A stretch of 64,000 bases of DNA from Candidatus Falkowbacteria bacterium (GCA_037132255.1 JBAXPN010000001.1:17020-81019), one strand, 5' to 3'; positions 47,868-57,682 are shown, counted from the stretch's first letter. Numbers and translations are program-made. The notes: generated by a model from the sequence alone, not told the origin.

Positions 47868-47910
47868 AAAAAAGCCCCATGCACGATGTTCTGTGCTTGG
47901 GGCTTTTGGT
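47868..47910. terminator. Bidirectional intrinsic terminator between ileS and the convergent gene
   Basis: AAAAAAGCCCCATGCAC-GATGTTCT-GTGCTTGGGGCTTTTGGTTT: 13-bp stem with one mismatch. Confidence 0.8.
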
Positions 47911-47939
47911 TTACGAGTTTGTGTTTGCTTTAGAATAGC

Positions 47940-48386
47940 TTAGCTGCGTTTTTTTGCCTTTGAAAGATTTATTAATAAGATCACTATTATGAGTGCGGCG
48001 CAAGCAAGTACGGCCCAGAATAATGTTTTGTAGATTTCGAGTTGATTAGTGGCCCAGTCGAGATCCTGCGTGGCGACTTCATGGTTCTCCTCGATTTCTG
48101 TTTTTTGCTGTGCGAGCACAAACGCCTGGGTGGAGAAAAGGAGATTGGTGTTATTGGCGAAGAGAGGCCAAGCATCCTGGGGTATTTCCAGAGATTTTAG
48201 AATGGACACATCTGTGCCGGTGTAGGTATTGGTACTGATTTCAGTGCTACCGCTGCCATAGGTAGTCAAAGTGTAAACAGTCAACGTTGTTCCGTTTTTA
48301 ATGACAAGGTGGTCATCCTGGGCAAATAAGTTGCTGACAATTAATACGGATACCAAGGTCAGGGCAATCATGATTCTGTTTTTCAT
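47940..48386 (-). CDS. Hypothetical secreted protein with C-terminal membrane anchor
   Basis: Signal peptide MKNRIMIALTLVSVLIVSNLFAQ. C-terminal TM helix followed by KAKKRS. Confidence 0.55.
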   Translation of the reverse strand: MKNRIMIALTLVSVLIVSNLFAQDDHLVIKNGTTLTVYTLTTYGSGSTEISTNTYTGTDVSILKSLEIPQDAWPLFANNTNLLFSTQAFVLAQQKTEIEENHEVATQDLDWATNQLEIYKTLFWAVLACAALIIVILLINLSKAKKRS

Positions 48387-48485
48387 GGGTAATTGGTTTT
48401 AGGGGTTAGATAAGCTATTCAATTATGAAAGAACGACAAGCGCTCTCATTCCTTTAACTTAAAAGTATAGCACATTTTATTAATC

Positions 48486-48523
48486 TTGTCAATATTTATT
48501 AATACTCTAAAATATACTATAAT
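48486..48523 (+). promoter_or_regulatory. Candidate promoter (TTGTCA-16-TAAAAT, or the downstream TATAAT)
   Basis: TTGTCA at 48486-48491 and TAAAAT at 48508-48513; alternative TATAAT at 48518-48523. ATG is at 48551. Confidence 0.3.
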
Positions 48524-48550
48524 AAATTATAATTAAATTTGGCTAATCTT

Positions 48551-49813
48551 ATGATAAAATTTGAATTACTTGCTCCCGCCGGGAATGAACTTAAAATGAA
48601 AACGGCCTTCGCTTATGGTGCTGATGCAGTCTATTTGGGTATTCCGGACTTTTCCCTCCGCGTCCGAATAAACGACTTTGATCTTAAGGGAATCAAGGCC
48701 GCTGTTAAATATGCCCATGATAAAAAGAAGAAAGTCTACGTTACCGTTAATATTTTTGCCCATAATGAACATATCAAGAAATTGCCGGCCTATTTAAAGG
48801 CGATAAAAGCGATGAAAGTCGATGCGTTAATCGTATCTGACCCAGGTATTATCCATGTGATAAAAAAAGTTTGGCCGACGGCGGAAATTCATTTATCAAC
48901 TCAGGCTAATTGTACAAATCTTGAGGCGGTTAAGTTTTGGGCTAAGCAGGGTTTGAAGAGAATAATTTTAGGTCGCGAAGTAACGCTCAAAGAGATAAAA
49001 GAAATTCATAAGGCGGTTCCGAAGATTGAATTAGAATATTTTGTTCATGGCGCAATGTGCATGGCTTATTCTGGTCGCTGTTTTTTGTCTAAAATGATAC
49101 TCGACCGGAGCGGCAATCTTGGTGACTGCGCGCAACCGTGTCGCTGGGAGTATGACGTGACTTTAAAAACTGGTAATCATGACGAGGAATTAGAACTTGT
49201 TGAAGAAAAACACGGGACATATTTACTTAATTCTAAGGATTTATGTTTACTTAAATACATTAAAGATTTAGCGGCCGCGGGAATTACGAGTTTTAAGATT
49301 GAAGGCCGCGCGAAAAGCGTATATTATCAGGCGACGGTCTGTGGTATTTATCGCCGTGCGCTTGACCTAATTAATAAAAAAACCAGTCAAGCTAAATTAA
49401 AGACAGAGCTTGGCTATTTATTTATTGAGCTTGAAACTAAATTAGTCCATCGCGGCTATACGGCTGGTTTTCTATTGGGAGGTAAAGCTGAACAAAATAT
49501 TGCCAATTCTCATAATACGAGCGATTGGGAATTTTGCGGTCAGGTCTTAAAGACTGAACTAACGAAAGACAAAAAAACGCGAGTCTATTTTCAGGTTCAT
49601 AATACGATTAAAATTGGTGATACGGTGGAGATTATTAGGCCGAGTTATGATATAATAAGCATAAAGCTTACTCATCTTTGGGATGCTAAAAAAGAAACGG
49701 CGCTTGAAGAGGCTCATGGCGGCGGCGGTAGTCAGACGGCATTTATTGAGCTTTATGAAGAAGTTGGATACGTGCCTGACTTATCGGTACTAAGAAGAAA
49801 AAATACAAAATAA
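48551..49813 (+). CDS. Peptidase U32 family protein (RlhA/TrhP-like)
   Basis: ELLAPAGN...GADAVYLG and the U32 signature EYFVHGAMCMAYSGRCFLS. The track starts at TTG 48539. Confidence 0.85.
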   Translation: MIKFELLAPAGNELKMKTAFAYGADAVYLGIPDFSLRVRINDFDLKGIKAAVKYAHDKKKKVYVTVNIFAHNEHIKKLPAYLKAIKAMKVDALIVSDPGIIHVIKKVWPTAEIHLSTQANCTNLEAVKFWAKQGLKRIILGREVTLKEIKEIHKAVPKIELEYFVHGAMCMAYSGRCFLSKMILDRSGNLGDCAQPCRWEYDVTLKTGNHDEELELVEEKHGTYLLNSKDLCLLKYIKDLAAAGITSFKIEGRAKSVYYQATVCGIYRRALDLINKKTSQAKLKTELGYLFIELETKLVHRGYTAGFLLGGKAEQNIANSHNTSDWEFCGQVLKTELTKDKKTRVYFQVHNTIKIGDTVEIIRPSYDIISIKLTHLWDAKKETALEEAHGGGGSQTAFIELYEEVGYVPDLSVLRRKNTK

Positions 49814-49814
49814 T

Positions 49815-50393
49815 ATGATTGCTTATCTTCACGGAAAAATAATTAATAAAACGCTTAATTACGCAATTATTGAAGTTGCCAGTATTGGCTATCAGGTATT
49901 TACCGGTGAGAATTTTTTAAACGAGTTAAAGCTTGGCGATAATGCGGAAGTATATACTCATCATCAGGTTCGAGAAGAAGCGAGCGATTTATATGGTTTC
50001 AAAACGCTTGAAGATTTAGAATTATTTGAATTACTATTAAGCGTTTCCGGCGTTGGTCCGAAATCAGCCTTGGGAGTAATTTCAATGGCGAGTGCGAGTG
50101 ATATTAAAGAGGCAATTATTCGCGGTGACGCTGATTTATTAACTAAAGTTTCCGGTATTGGAAAAAAAACGGCCGAGCGTTTAGTATTAGAACTTAAAAC
50201 AAAAGTTTTGCGAACTACGAGCGGCGCCAGTCTTGGTTCGCCAAGTTTAGCTGGCAGCGATGAAATCGATGCTTTAATGAGCTTAGGGTACTCTCTGAGC
50301 GAAGCGCGAGCCGCTTTTAATATGGTCGACCCTAGCCTCACAGATAGTGGCGAAAGGGTCAAGGCAGCGCTTAAAAAAATGGTGAAAAAGTAG
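49815..50393 (+). CDS. ruvA: Holliday junction DNA helicase subunit RuvA
   Basis: MIAYLHGKI start, two HhH motifs (LLSVSGVGPKSA, KVSGIGKKTAERL), and a C-terminal domain III. Confidence 0.88.
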   Translation: MIAYLHGKIINKTLNYAIIEVASIGYQVFTGENFLNELKLGDNAEVYTHHQVREEASDLYGFKTLEDLELFELLLSVSGVGPKSALGVISMASASDIKEAIIRGDADLLTKVSGIGKKTAERLVLELKTKVLRTTSGASLGSPSLAGSDEIDALMSLGYSLSEARAAFNMVDPSLTDSGERVKAALKKMVKK

Positions 50394-50413
50394 CTTTACA
50401 GCTAGCTTTTTTT
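50386..50413 (+). terminator. Weak intrinsic terminator after ruvA
   Basis: AAAAAGTAGC-TTTACA-GCTAGCTTTTTTT: short stem with a long T-run. Confidence 0.3.
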
Positions 50414-50459
50414 AAGTTAGGATAATAGAAAAGAGCTCAAAAATACAAATTTATAAAAT

Positions 50460-51896
50460 ATGGCGATTAACGAAAAGAGAACAATTACTAAACAATCGGT
50501 TGATTTTCCGGGCTGGTATCAAGATGTTGTCCGAGACGCGGAATTAGCCGAGGTTTCGGAGGTTCGCGGCTGCGGCATCGTCCGTCCTTATGGTTTAAAA
50601 ATTTGGGAATTAATTAAAGCTGAACTGAGCCGACAATTGGAAGCGGATGGTGTGGAAAATGTTTACTTTCCAATTTTTGTGCCGCTCGAAAATTTAGAGG
50701 CCGAGAAGGATCACGTTGAAGGTTTTTCTCCCGAACTCGCTATCGTTACTCATGCTGGCGGCGAAGAATTAGTTAATAAATTAGCAATTCGGCCGACGAG
50801 TGAAGCGGCGATGTATAAAACTTACGCTAAATGGATTCAGAGCTATAAGGATTTACCACTTCGTTTAAATCAATGGGCGAATGTTGTTCGCTGGGAAAAG
50901 CGACCACGCGCCTTTTTACGTTGGAGCGAATTTCTCTGGCAAGAAGGTCATACTGTTTTTGCGAGTGAAGAAGAGTCGCGCGCGGAAGTTGGAAAAATGC
51001 TTGGTATTTATAAATCAGTTTATGAGTTCATGGCAATTCCAACTTTTAGCGGCCGTAAATCCGAGAGCGAAAAATTTGCCGGTGCAGTTATGACTTTAAC
51101 TGCTGAGGTAATGGCGCGTGACGGAAAGGCGATTCAGGGTGCAACTAGTCATTATCTAGGAACTAATTTTGCGAAAGTTTTTGATGTTAAATATTTAGGT
51201 GCTGACGGTGAATTTCATTTTGGTCATCAAAATAGCTGGGGTTTATCTTGGCGTTCAGTGGGAGCCTTAATTATGGTGCACGGTGATGATAATGGTTTAC
51301 GTTTGCCTCCAAATATCGCTCCGGTCCAAATCGTTATTGTTCCGATTTATAAAGATGAAGAAGCGCGTAAGCAAGTTTTAGAATATTGCGAAAATATAAA
51401 AACAAATTTTTCTGATAAATATCGAATTAAGATTGATGCCCGCGACGGCCAAACTCCAGGTTTCAAATTTAATTATTGGGAAGTTCGCGGCGTTCCGGTT
51501 CGCTTAGAAATCGGTCCGAAAGAGGCATCCGAAAAAAAATTAACTATTTTCCGTCGTGATAACGGCAAAAAAGAAATTATTGAGCTCGCTAGTCTCGAAG
51601 AATATTTACCGAAGACAATGAAAGAAATTCATGAGAATTTATATGCTCAGGCACAAGATTTCTCAAGTAAAAATATTAACCGGATAGAGTCCTGGGATGA
51701 AATTAAAGATCAGGTCGGCTGGTTTGAAGCAAGCTGGAGCGAAGATGCAGAAACGGAAAAAGAGTTGAAGGAAAAATACGGAATCGTTTCTCGTGTTTTG
51801 CTTACTGAAAAAGAAAATGCCGCACCAAAGAATAAGAAATGTTTTATTAGTGGCCAGACGGCAAAACATGATTGGCTATTTGCCAAATGCTATTAA
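50460..51896 (+). CDS. proS: Prolyl-tRNA synthetase, archaeal/eukaryote-like type
   Basis: FPGWYQDVVRDAELAE start, class II motifs, and a C-terminal domain ending in Tyr (FAKCY). No bacterial INS editing insertion. Confidence 0.88.
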   Translation: MAINEKRTITKQSVDFPGWYQDVVRDAELAEVSEVRGCGIVRPYGLKIWELIKAELSRQLEADGVENVYFPIFVPLENLEAEKDHVEGFSPELAIVTHAGGEELVNKLAIRPTSEAAMYKTYAKWIQSYKDLPLRLNQWANVVRWEKRPRAFLRWSEFLWQEGHTVFASEEESRAEVGKMLGIYKSVYEFMAIPTFSGRKSESEKFAGAVMTLTAEVMARDGKAIQGATSHYLGTNFAKVFDVKYLGADGEFHFGHQNSWGLSWRSVGALIMVHGDDNGLRLPPNIAPVQIVIVPIYKDEEARKQVLEYCENIKTNFSDKYRIKIDARDGQTPGFKFNYWEVRGVPVRLEIGPKEASEKKLTIFRRDNGKKEIIELASLEEYLPKTMKEIHENLYAQAQDFSSKNINRIESWDEIKDQVGWFEASWSEDAETEKELKEKYGIVSRVLLTEKENAAPKNKKCFISGQTAKHDWLFAKCY

Positions 51897-51956
51897 AGAC
51901 GATATCGCACATTATTTCCCCTGTTTACCCCCTTATTTATTAAATGAATTTTAAAT

Positions 51957-52997
51957 ATGTTCAATAAACTGCTCGGAAAATTCAGCCATGATTTAGGTAT
52001 CGATCTTGGTACTCGTAATACCCTTGTTTATGTTGCCGATAAAGGAATTGTTGTTAATGAGCCGAGTGTAGTTGCGATTAATAAAAGAACTAATGAAATT
52101 CTCGAGGTTGGAGAAGCGGCCAAGAAAATGGTCGGCAAAACTCCCGGCCATATTGAAGCTATTAAACCCTTAGTCGATGGCGTTATTTCTGATTTTGAAA
52201 TTACGGAAAAAATGTTGAAGTATTTTATTAATAAAGTTCATAGTGAAAATTTTACTTTAATTTCTCGTCCACGTGTCGTTATCGGTATCCCGCTTGATTT
52301 AACTGAAGTTGAAAAAAAAGCGGTTGAAGATGCGGCTCGTTCGGCCGGGGCCCGAAAAGTATATTTAATTGAAGAGGCCATGGCTGCCGCTATCGGCGCT
52401 CGTCTTCCGGTAACGGAAGCAACAGCAACTATGATTGTTGATATTGGTGGCGGGACAACCGAGATCGCTGTAATCTCGCTTGGTGGCGTCGTAACTTGGC
52501 GCTCACTCAAAGCGGCTGGCAATGAATTTGATAATAATATTATTGAGTATATTCGTGAAGAATTTAATATTTTAATTGGCGAGCAATTAGCCGAGAGTAT
52601 TAAAATCGGAATCGGTTCCGCTGTGCCGCTTGATGAACCAAAGGAAATAGAAGTTCGTGGTCGTGATTTATTAACTGGTCTCCCGAAAGCAATCATGATT
52701 AGCGACAAGCAAGTGCGTGAAGCGATTAGTCGAACGATTTCCAAGATAATTGAAACTATTAAAACAATTTTAGAAACTACTCCGCCGGAATTAGTGTCAG
52801 ATATTTATGAACGTGGCCTTTATTTATCTGGCGGTGGCGCTTTGCTCCGCGGCCTCGATAAAGCGATATCTTCAGCCGCAAAGATTCCGGTTAAGATTGT
52901 TGATGATCCGCTAACTTGTGTTGCGCGTGGAACCGGCCTCTTGCTCGGTAATAAAGAATTATTAGAAAAAGTTGTCCTGGCTAATAACCAAGAATAA
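51957..52997 (+). CDS. mreB: Rod-shape-determining actin homologue MreB (copy 1, in the mreBCD operon)
   Basis: GIDLGTRNTLVY, NEPSVVA, DIGGGTTEIAVISLGG, LSGGGALLRGLD. Confidence 0.92.
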   Translation: MFNKLLGKFSHDLGIDLGTRNTLVYVADKGIVVNEPSVVAINKRTNEILEVGEAAKKMVGKTPGHIEAIKPLVDGVISDFEITEKMLKYFINKVHSENFTLISRPRVVIGIPLDLTEVEKKAVEDAARSAGARKVYLIEEAMAAAIGARLPVTEATATMIVDIGGGTTEIAVISLGGVVTWRSLKAAGNEFDNNIIEYIREEFNILIGEQLAESIKIGIGSAVPLDEPKEIEVRGRDLLTGLPKAIMISDKQVREAISRTISKIIETIKTILETTPPELVSDIYERGLYLSGGGALLRGLDKAISSAAKIPVKIVDDPLTCVARGTGLLLGNKELLEKVVLANNQE

Positions 52998-53022
52998 TAT
53001 TTTTGTCTCCTAATTTTTTTTC

Positions 53023-53835
53023 ATGAAAAAACTAAAAAAGAACAACCCAATTTTAATTTTTCTGGTAGTTTTCGGACTACTGGTTTTTTTACATACCATT
53101 GGTGTTTTGCGTCCCCTTGAAATATTATTTCTTAACGGCGTCAAACCCGTTAGCGGTCAGTTTTATAAATGGGGTAATAGTTTTAGCCGAACTTATCAGG
53201 ATAGAGAAAGTCAGGCCTCGCTCTCAGCACGTGTCGAAGCTTTGACTAATCAGGTAGCTGTTTTAACAGTCGCCAACTCTGAGCAAAAAGAATTAGTTGA
53301 GGAAAATTCGAAATTGCGGAAACAATTAAAATTCATTAACGATAATAATTTTAAAGCCATTGCGGCCGCTGTTATAGCACGCGAGTCAATCGCAGAAGAT
53401 ACTGAAGAAGGGCAGGACTTAGTAATTAATCGAGGGACGAAAGATGGTATTGCTCTTGGCCAAGGCGCAGTTAGCGAAGAAGGTGTTATTATCGGAAAAA
53501 TAATTGAAGTTAAAGAAACAAGCGCCAAGATTTGTTTAACGACTAGCTCAGAGTGTAAATTGGCCGCCGCCATTCAAAACCAAACACGAACACAGGGGAT
53601 TACCGACGGTGATTTGGGTTTAACTATAAAAATGAATTATATACCGCAACTCGAAAAAATTGCTGCCGGCGACACGGTTATAACCTCCGGCTTAGGCGGA
53701 AGTATTCCGCGTGGGCTAGTTATCGGAAAGGTAATTGAAGTGCGCAATGAGAGCAATGAGGTTTGGCAGGACGCAACCATCGAACCTCTAGTTAATTTAA
53801 ATAACTTAACCGTTGTCACGATAATTATCCCTTAA
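53023..53835 (+). CDS. mreC: Rod-shape-determining protein MreC
   Basis: N-terminal TM helix, coiled coil (LTNQVAVLTVANSEQKELVEENSKLRKQL), and a beta-rich C-terminus with VITSGLGGSIPRGLVIGKV. Confidence 0.85.
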   Translation: MKKLKKNNPILIFLVVFGLLVFLHTIGVLRPLEILFLNGVKPVSGQFYKWGNSFSRTYQDRESQASLSARVEALTNQVAVLTVANSEQKELVEENSKLRKQLKFINDNNFKAIAAAVIARESIAEDTEEGQDLVINRGTKDGIALGQGAVSEEGVIIGKIIEVKETSAKICLTTSSECKLAAAIQNQTRTQGITDGDLGLTIKMNYIPQLEKIAAGDTVITSGLGGSIPRGLVIGKVIEVRNESNEVWQDATIEPLVNLNNLTVVTIIIP

Positions 53836-53848
53836 TTAAGTTTGTCTT

Positions 53849-54391
53849 ATGTTGGAGCGCATTTGGAAAATTATAATCTTAATACTAATAATTTCCGCTT
53901 TGGCTTTATTACAATTTTCGCTTATCAGCGCACTTCCTGAGCCTTATCGTCAATTTAATTTGGTTTTAACGGTTTTGACTTTTACTTTATTTTTTATTGA
54001 TTTTCGCGTTTCCTTGATCGCCGCACTGATTGCCGGTTTTTGGCTTGATGTTCTATCTTTTCATTTTTTCGGTTTCTATTTCATAATATTTTTCTTTTCA
54101 CTTTTAGTCTCGCAATGGATTCTCAAGAATTGGCTGACTAATCGCTCCTTGTATTCATTGCTGGCTCTGATGGTAAGTTCGACTTTCTTTTATAATTTTT
54201 TGGCAGCCATAATTTTATATACTTTTAGTGCCGATTACAAAACCTTTTTTCTTTTTCAATCTAATTTCTGGTTAACCCTTTTTTATCAGAGCATTTGGAG
54301 TGTACTCTCCGCGCTAATTTTATTTAATTTAGCGGCACTTGTCTCAAAACGAATTAAGCCTTTCTTTTTGGAAAAGAAGTCTTTTATATGA
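53849..54391 (+). CDS. mreD: MreD-like integral membrane protein
   Basis: 180 aa with ~5 TM helices, immediately downstream of mreC. The call rests on position and topology. Confidence 0.6.
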   Translation: MLERIWKIIILILIISALALLQFSLISALPEPYRQFNLVLTVLTFTLFFIDFRVSLIAALIAGFWLDVLSFHFFGFYFIIFFFSLLVSQWILKNWLTNRSLYSLLALMVSSTFFYNFLAAIILYTFSADYKTFFLFQSNFWLTLFYQSIWSVLSALILFNLAALVSKRIKPFFLEKKSFI

Positions 54392-54422
54392 TATTATAAA
54401 ATAAATAATAATTAGCATAATT

Positions 54423-55421
54423 ATGAAATACGATTTTATAACAGTTGGTGGGGCCACGCGAGATATTTCTTTTTTTACCGATCAGGGTGTTCTGATTGAT
54501 AATAAAAAAGATATTTTGCGTCAAAGACTTCTTGGTTTCGAATACGGAGCGAAAATCAAAGTTGATAAATTTTATTATTCATTTGGGGGCGGCGCTGCTA
54601 ATGCGGCCGTTTGCTTGTCTAATTTCGGTTTAAATACGGCTTGCCTGGCTTGCTTGGGCGGCGATGAAGGAGAGAAGACGATAATAAATAATTTTAAAGA
54701 GTATCACGTAAAAACTAATTTGATAAAAATTAATAAAAGCGCTGAAAGCGGTTCATCTTTTATTTTAGTGTCTCCGAGTGGTGAAAGGATAATTTTTGGT
54801 TCTCGCGGCGCTAATCACGAATTAGTGATTGATAAACATGATTTAAAGATTCTTAAAGAAACGGCGAATATCTATTTATCATCTTTATCCGGCGCCTGGT
54901 TAAAAAATTTACGAAGCATTTTTTCTGTCGTTACTAAAGATGGACCAAAAATATTTTGGAATCCGGGAGGTCAACAGCTTCGGGCGGGACTCAAGAAGAT
55001 TGCGCCATTTTTAAAAAAGACGACCGTATTTTCGATAAATAAAGATGAAGCGATTGAACTCATTTTGAGTTCAGATCGCCACCGAACGCTTACAAATTCG
55101 TTTTTGAATAAAGAGGAAAATCTCTTGGAAATTATTAAAAGTTTTGGTCCGAAGATAGTTATTATTACAATGGGTGAAAACGGCGTTATTGCCTCCGATG
55201 ATAAAAAAACTTATCACCATCAGATTATAAAAGAAAAAAAACGGGTTGACACAACCGGCATTGGCGATGTTTTTAATTCATCTTTCGCGGCCGGCTTTGT
55301 CTGTTTTTCTGATTTAGATAGAGCATTAGTTTTAGCTCTTCATAATACCGCCGCCAAAATTTCGCATCTTGGCGCGCAGAATGGATTACTTATAAAGAAT
55401 TTAAAAAAAAATAATTTATGA
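54423..55421 (+). CDS. PfkB-family carbohydrate kinase
   Basis: GGGAANAA N-terminal motif and C-terminal DTTGIGDVFNSSFAAG (PfkB signature 2). Confidence 0.8.
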   Translation: MKYDFITVGGATRDISFFTDQGVLIDNKKDILRQRLLGFEYGAKIKVDKFYYSFGGGAANAAVCLSNFGLNTACLACLGGDEGEKTIINNFKEYHVKTNLIKINKSAESGSSFILVSPSGERIIFGSRGANHELVIDKHDLKILKETANIYLSSLSGAWLKNLRSIFSVVTKDGPKIFWNPGGQQLRAGLKKIAPFLKKTTVFSINKDEAIELILSSDRHRTLTNSFLNKEENLLEIIKSFGPKIVIITMGENGVIASDDKKTYHHQIIKEKKRVDTTGIGDVFNSSFAAGFVCFSDLDRALVLALHNTAAKISHLGAQNGLLIKNLKKNNL

Positions 55422-55870
55422 TTCACGGTGTAATAATTAAACAAATAACAAAAAATAATGACAATAGAGGCTGGTTAGCGGAAGTTTTCCGTCGCGATGA
55501 ATTAGAATTTGACCCAGCCATGTCATACATAAGTTTAACAAATCCAGGCGTCATTCGTGGTCCCCATGAACACGTGGCGCAAAGTGATTGTTTTATTTTT
55601 CTCGGTCCCGGAACCTTCCGTCTCCATCTTTGGGATAGACGCGAAAATTCACCAACGAAAGGTGAGGCCGTAGAAATGGAAGTTGGTGAGAATAATCCGA
55701 TTGTCGTTACCGTCCCTCCAGGCGTCGTTCATGGTTATAAATGTATTTCGGATATTCCGGCGCTTAGTATTAATATGCCGGATAAATTATATAAGGGTAT
55801 TAATAAAGCTCAGGAGGTTGATGAAATCAGATGGGAAAAAGACGAGAATAGCCCGTATAAAATAGTCTAA
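55418..55870 (+). CDS. RmlC-like cupin (dTDP-4-dehydrorhamnose 3,5-epimerase-related)
   Basis: DNRGWLAEVFR, IRGPHEH, PPGVVHGY. At 150 aa it is shorter than canonical RmlC. ATGA overlap with the kinase gene. Confidence 0.6.
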   Translation: MIHGVIIKQITKNNDNRGWLAEVFRRDELEFDPAMSYISLTNPGVIRGPHEHVAQSDCFIFLGPGTFRLHLWDRRENSPTKGEAVEMEVGENNPIVVTVPPGVVHGYKCISDIPALSINMPDKLYKGINKAQEVDEIRWEKDENSPYKIV

Positions 55871-55879
55871 TATATTATT

Positions 55880-56275
55880 ATGTGTATTTTTTGCAAAATT
55901 GTTAATCACGAAATTCCTTGCCACCTGATTTATGAAGATGATAAGACTTTGGTTTTTTTAGATATTAAGCCGGTTAATCCTGGCCATCTCCTAGTTTTGC
56001 CAAAAATGCATTATGCTAATATCGAAGAAACGCCAGCTGATGTTTTAGCTGATATAATTCTTGTTGTTAAAAAGATGGGCAAGTTGTTGAAAGATAAATT
56101 AGGTGTTTTAGGCTATAACGTCATGGAGAATAATGATCCGATTGCCGGGCAAGGTGTTCCACATTTGCATTTTCATGTTATCCCGCGCCATGAGGGCGAT
56201 GGACACGTGCAGTGGCCGCAGAGTGACTACGCAGAAGGCGAGGCCGGGCTAGTAGCTAAAAAATTAATATCTTAA
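55880..56275 (+). CDS. HIT-family (Hint-like) nucleotide hydrolase/transferase
   Basis: CIFCKI start and histidine triad HLHFHVIP. Confidence 0.88.
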   Translation: MCIFCKIVNHEIPCHLIYEDDKTLVFLDIKPVNPGHLLVLPKMHYANIEETPADVLADIILVVKKMGKLLKDKLGVLGYNVMENNDPIAGQGVPHLHFHVIPRHEGDGHVQWPQSDYAEGEAGLVAKKLIS

Positions 56276-56277
56276 TT

Positions 56278-57243
56278 ATGAAGATTTTTGTTACCGGCGG
56301 CGCCGGATTTATTGGTTCAAACTTTATCCATTATTGGTTCAAGAATTACCCTGAGGATCAAATTGTTAATTTTGATGTTTTGACTTATGCCGGTAATCTT
56401 GATAACCTACGCGATATCGAAAACATGCCTAATTATAAGTTTATCCAAGGCGATATTACCGATGAGGATTTAGTAAACGAAAGTGTGAAGGGGATGGACT
56501 TAATAGTTCACTTCGCCGCTGAAAGCCATGTCGATCGTTCAATAAAAGATAGCGCCGATTTCATTAAAACTAACGTTGAGGGTACGCGCGTTCTGCTTGA
56601 GGCCGCAAAAAATAATGGGAATATTCGTTTCCATCATATCTCAACCGACGAGGTCTTTGGTTCTCTTGCTCTTGATGCGCCGAAGTTCACAGAAAAAACT
56701 CCCTATGACCCACGCTCACCTTATAGCGCTTCAAAAGCGGCCGCCGATCATTTAGTCCGCGCTTATTTCCATACTCATAAATTACCAATCACAATTTCCA
56801 ATTGCTCAAATAATTATGGTCCCTACCAATATCCGGAAAAGTTGATCCCGCTCTTTGTAACGAATTTGATAATGGGCAAAAAAGTTCCTATCTATGGTGC
56901 TGGAAAAAATATTCGTGATTGGATACATGTTGATGATCATAATCGAGGTGTGGATTTCATTATTAAAAATGGTAAGATTGGCGAAACTTATTGTTTGGGC
57001 GGAAATAGTGAAAAAAGTAATTTAGAAATTACGGAGCTAATTTTAAAAACAATGGTGGCGGGGAGCGATATGGTCGAATATGTCAGCGATCGCTTAGGAC
57101 ATGATCTGCGCTATGCAATTGATTATACAAAAGCGAAAACTGAATTAGGCTGGCAGCCGCAGATCGATTTTGCGACTGGCCTTGAAGAAACTATTAATTG
57201 GTATAAAAATAATAATGCCTGGTGGCAAAAACTAAAAAAATAA
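56278..57243 (+). CDS. rfbB: dTDP-glucose 4,6-dehydratase
   Basis: TGGAGFIGSNF, AAESHVDRS, STDEVFG, YSASKAAADHL (YxxxK). Confidence 0.9.
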   Translation: MKIFVTGGAGFIGSNFIHYWFKNYPEDQIVNFDVLTYAGNLDNLRDIENMPNYKFIQGDITDEDLVNESVKGMDLIVHFAAESHVDRSIKDSADFIKTNVEGTRVLLEAAKNNGNIRFHHISTDEVFGSLALDAPKFTEKTPYDPRSPYSASKAAADHLVRAYFHTHKLPITISNCSNNYGPYQYPEKLIPLFVTNLIMGKKVPIYGAGKNIRDWIHVDDHNRGVDFIIKNGKIGETYCLGGNSEKSNLEITELILKTMVAGSDMVEYVSDRLGHDLRYAIDYTKAKTELGWQPQIDFATGLEETINWYKNNNAWWQKLKK

Positions 57244-57247
57244 TCCT

Positions 57248-57673
57248 ATGAAAAGTAAAAAAATATTTATCGTCGAGGATGACGCTAATATCTTATACGG
57301 TTTAGAATCACAATTTACGGCCGCCGACATCGATGTTGAGATTAGTGAGGCTAATGAAGAGATTGAGGAGCTAATAAAAGAAATAAAAGATTTCGATCCC
57401 GATTATATTATTCTTGATTTAATTTTGCCGAAGATAGATGGTTTTGAGGTTGTTAAAAAAATTAAGAGTGATGATGAATTAAGCGAAAAAGAAATATTTA
57501 TCTTTACTGATTTAAGCGATGAGGATAGTCGTAGTCGCTCACTCGAGCTCGGCGCTGACTATGTTTTCTTCAAGGAAGAATTTGATACATTTGAGTTCGC
57601 CGAGAAGGTAAAAAAGATTGTCGCTAACAAGGATAAAGACGACGATAACGACGACCGCGATTACGAGGAATAA
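57248..57673 (+). CDS. Stand-alone response-regulator receiver domain with acidic C-terminal tail
   Basis: REC residues EDD (9-11), phospho-acceptor in ILDLILP, T in FTDLS, K in VFFKEE. The tail is DKDDDNDDRDYEE. No output domain, and no kinase in the window. Confidence 0.8.
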   Translation: MKSKKIFIVEDDANILYGLESQFTAADIDVEISEANEEIEELIKEIKDFDPDYIILDLILPKIDGFEVVKKIKSDDELSEKEIFIFTDLSDEDSRSRSLELGADYVFFKEEFDTFEFAEKVKKIVANKDKDDDNDDRDYEE

Positions 57674-57682
57674 ATCGCTAAT

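Noticed and set aside
52238-52744. Long antisense ORFs inside conserved genes: 168 aa opposite mreB. Similar cases are 49964-50362 opposite ruvA, 13015-13404 opposite the ABC-F gene, 11390-11731 opposite the malic enzyme gene, and 37630-37968 opposite frr.
   Set aside because: Each lies wholly within a confidently identified gene on the other strand. Their composition is low-complexity and Ser/Pro/Ile-rich, typical of shadow frames, and they have no upstream signals. They are treated as non-coding.
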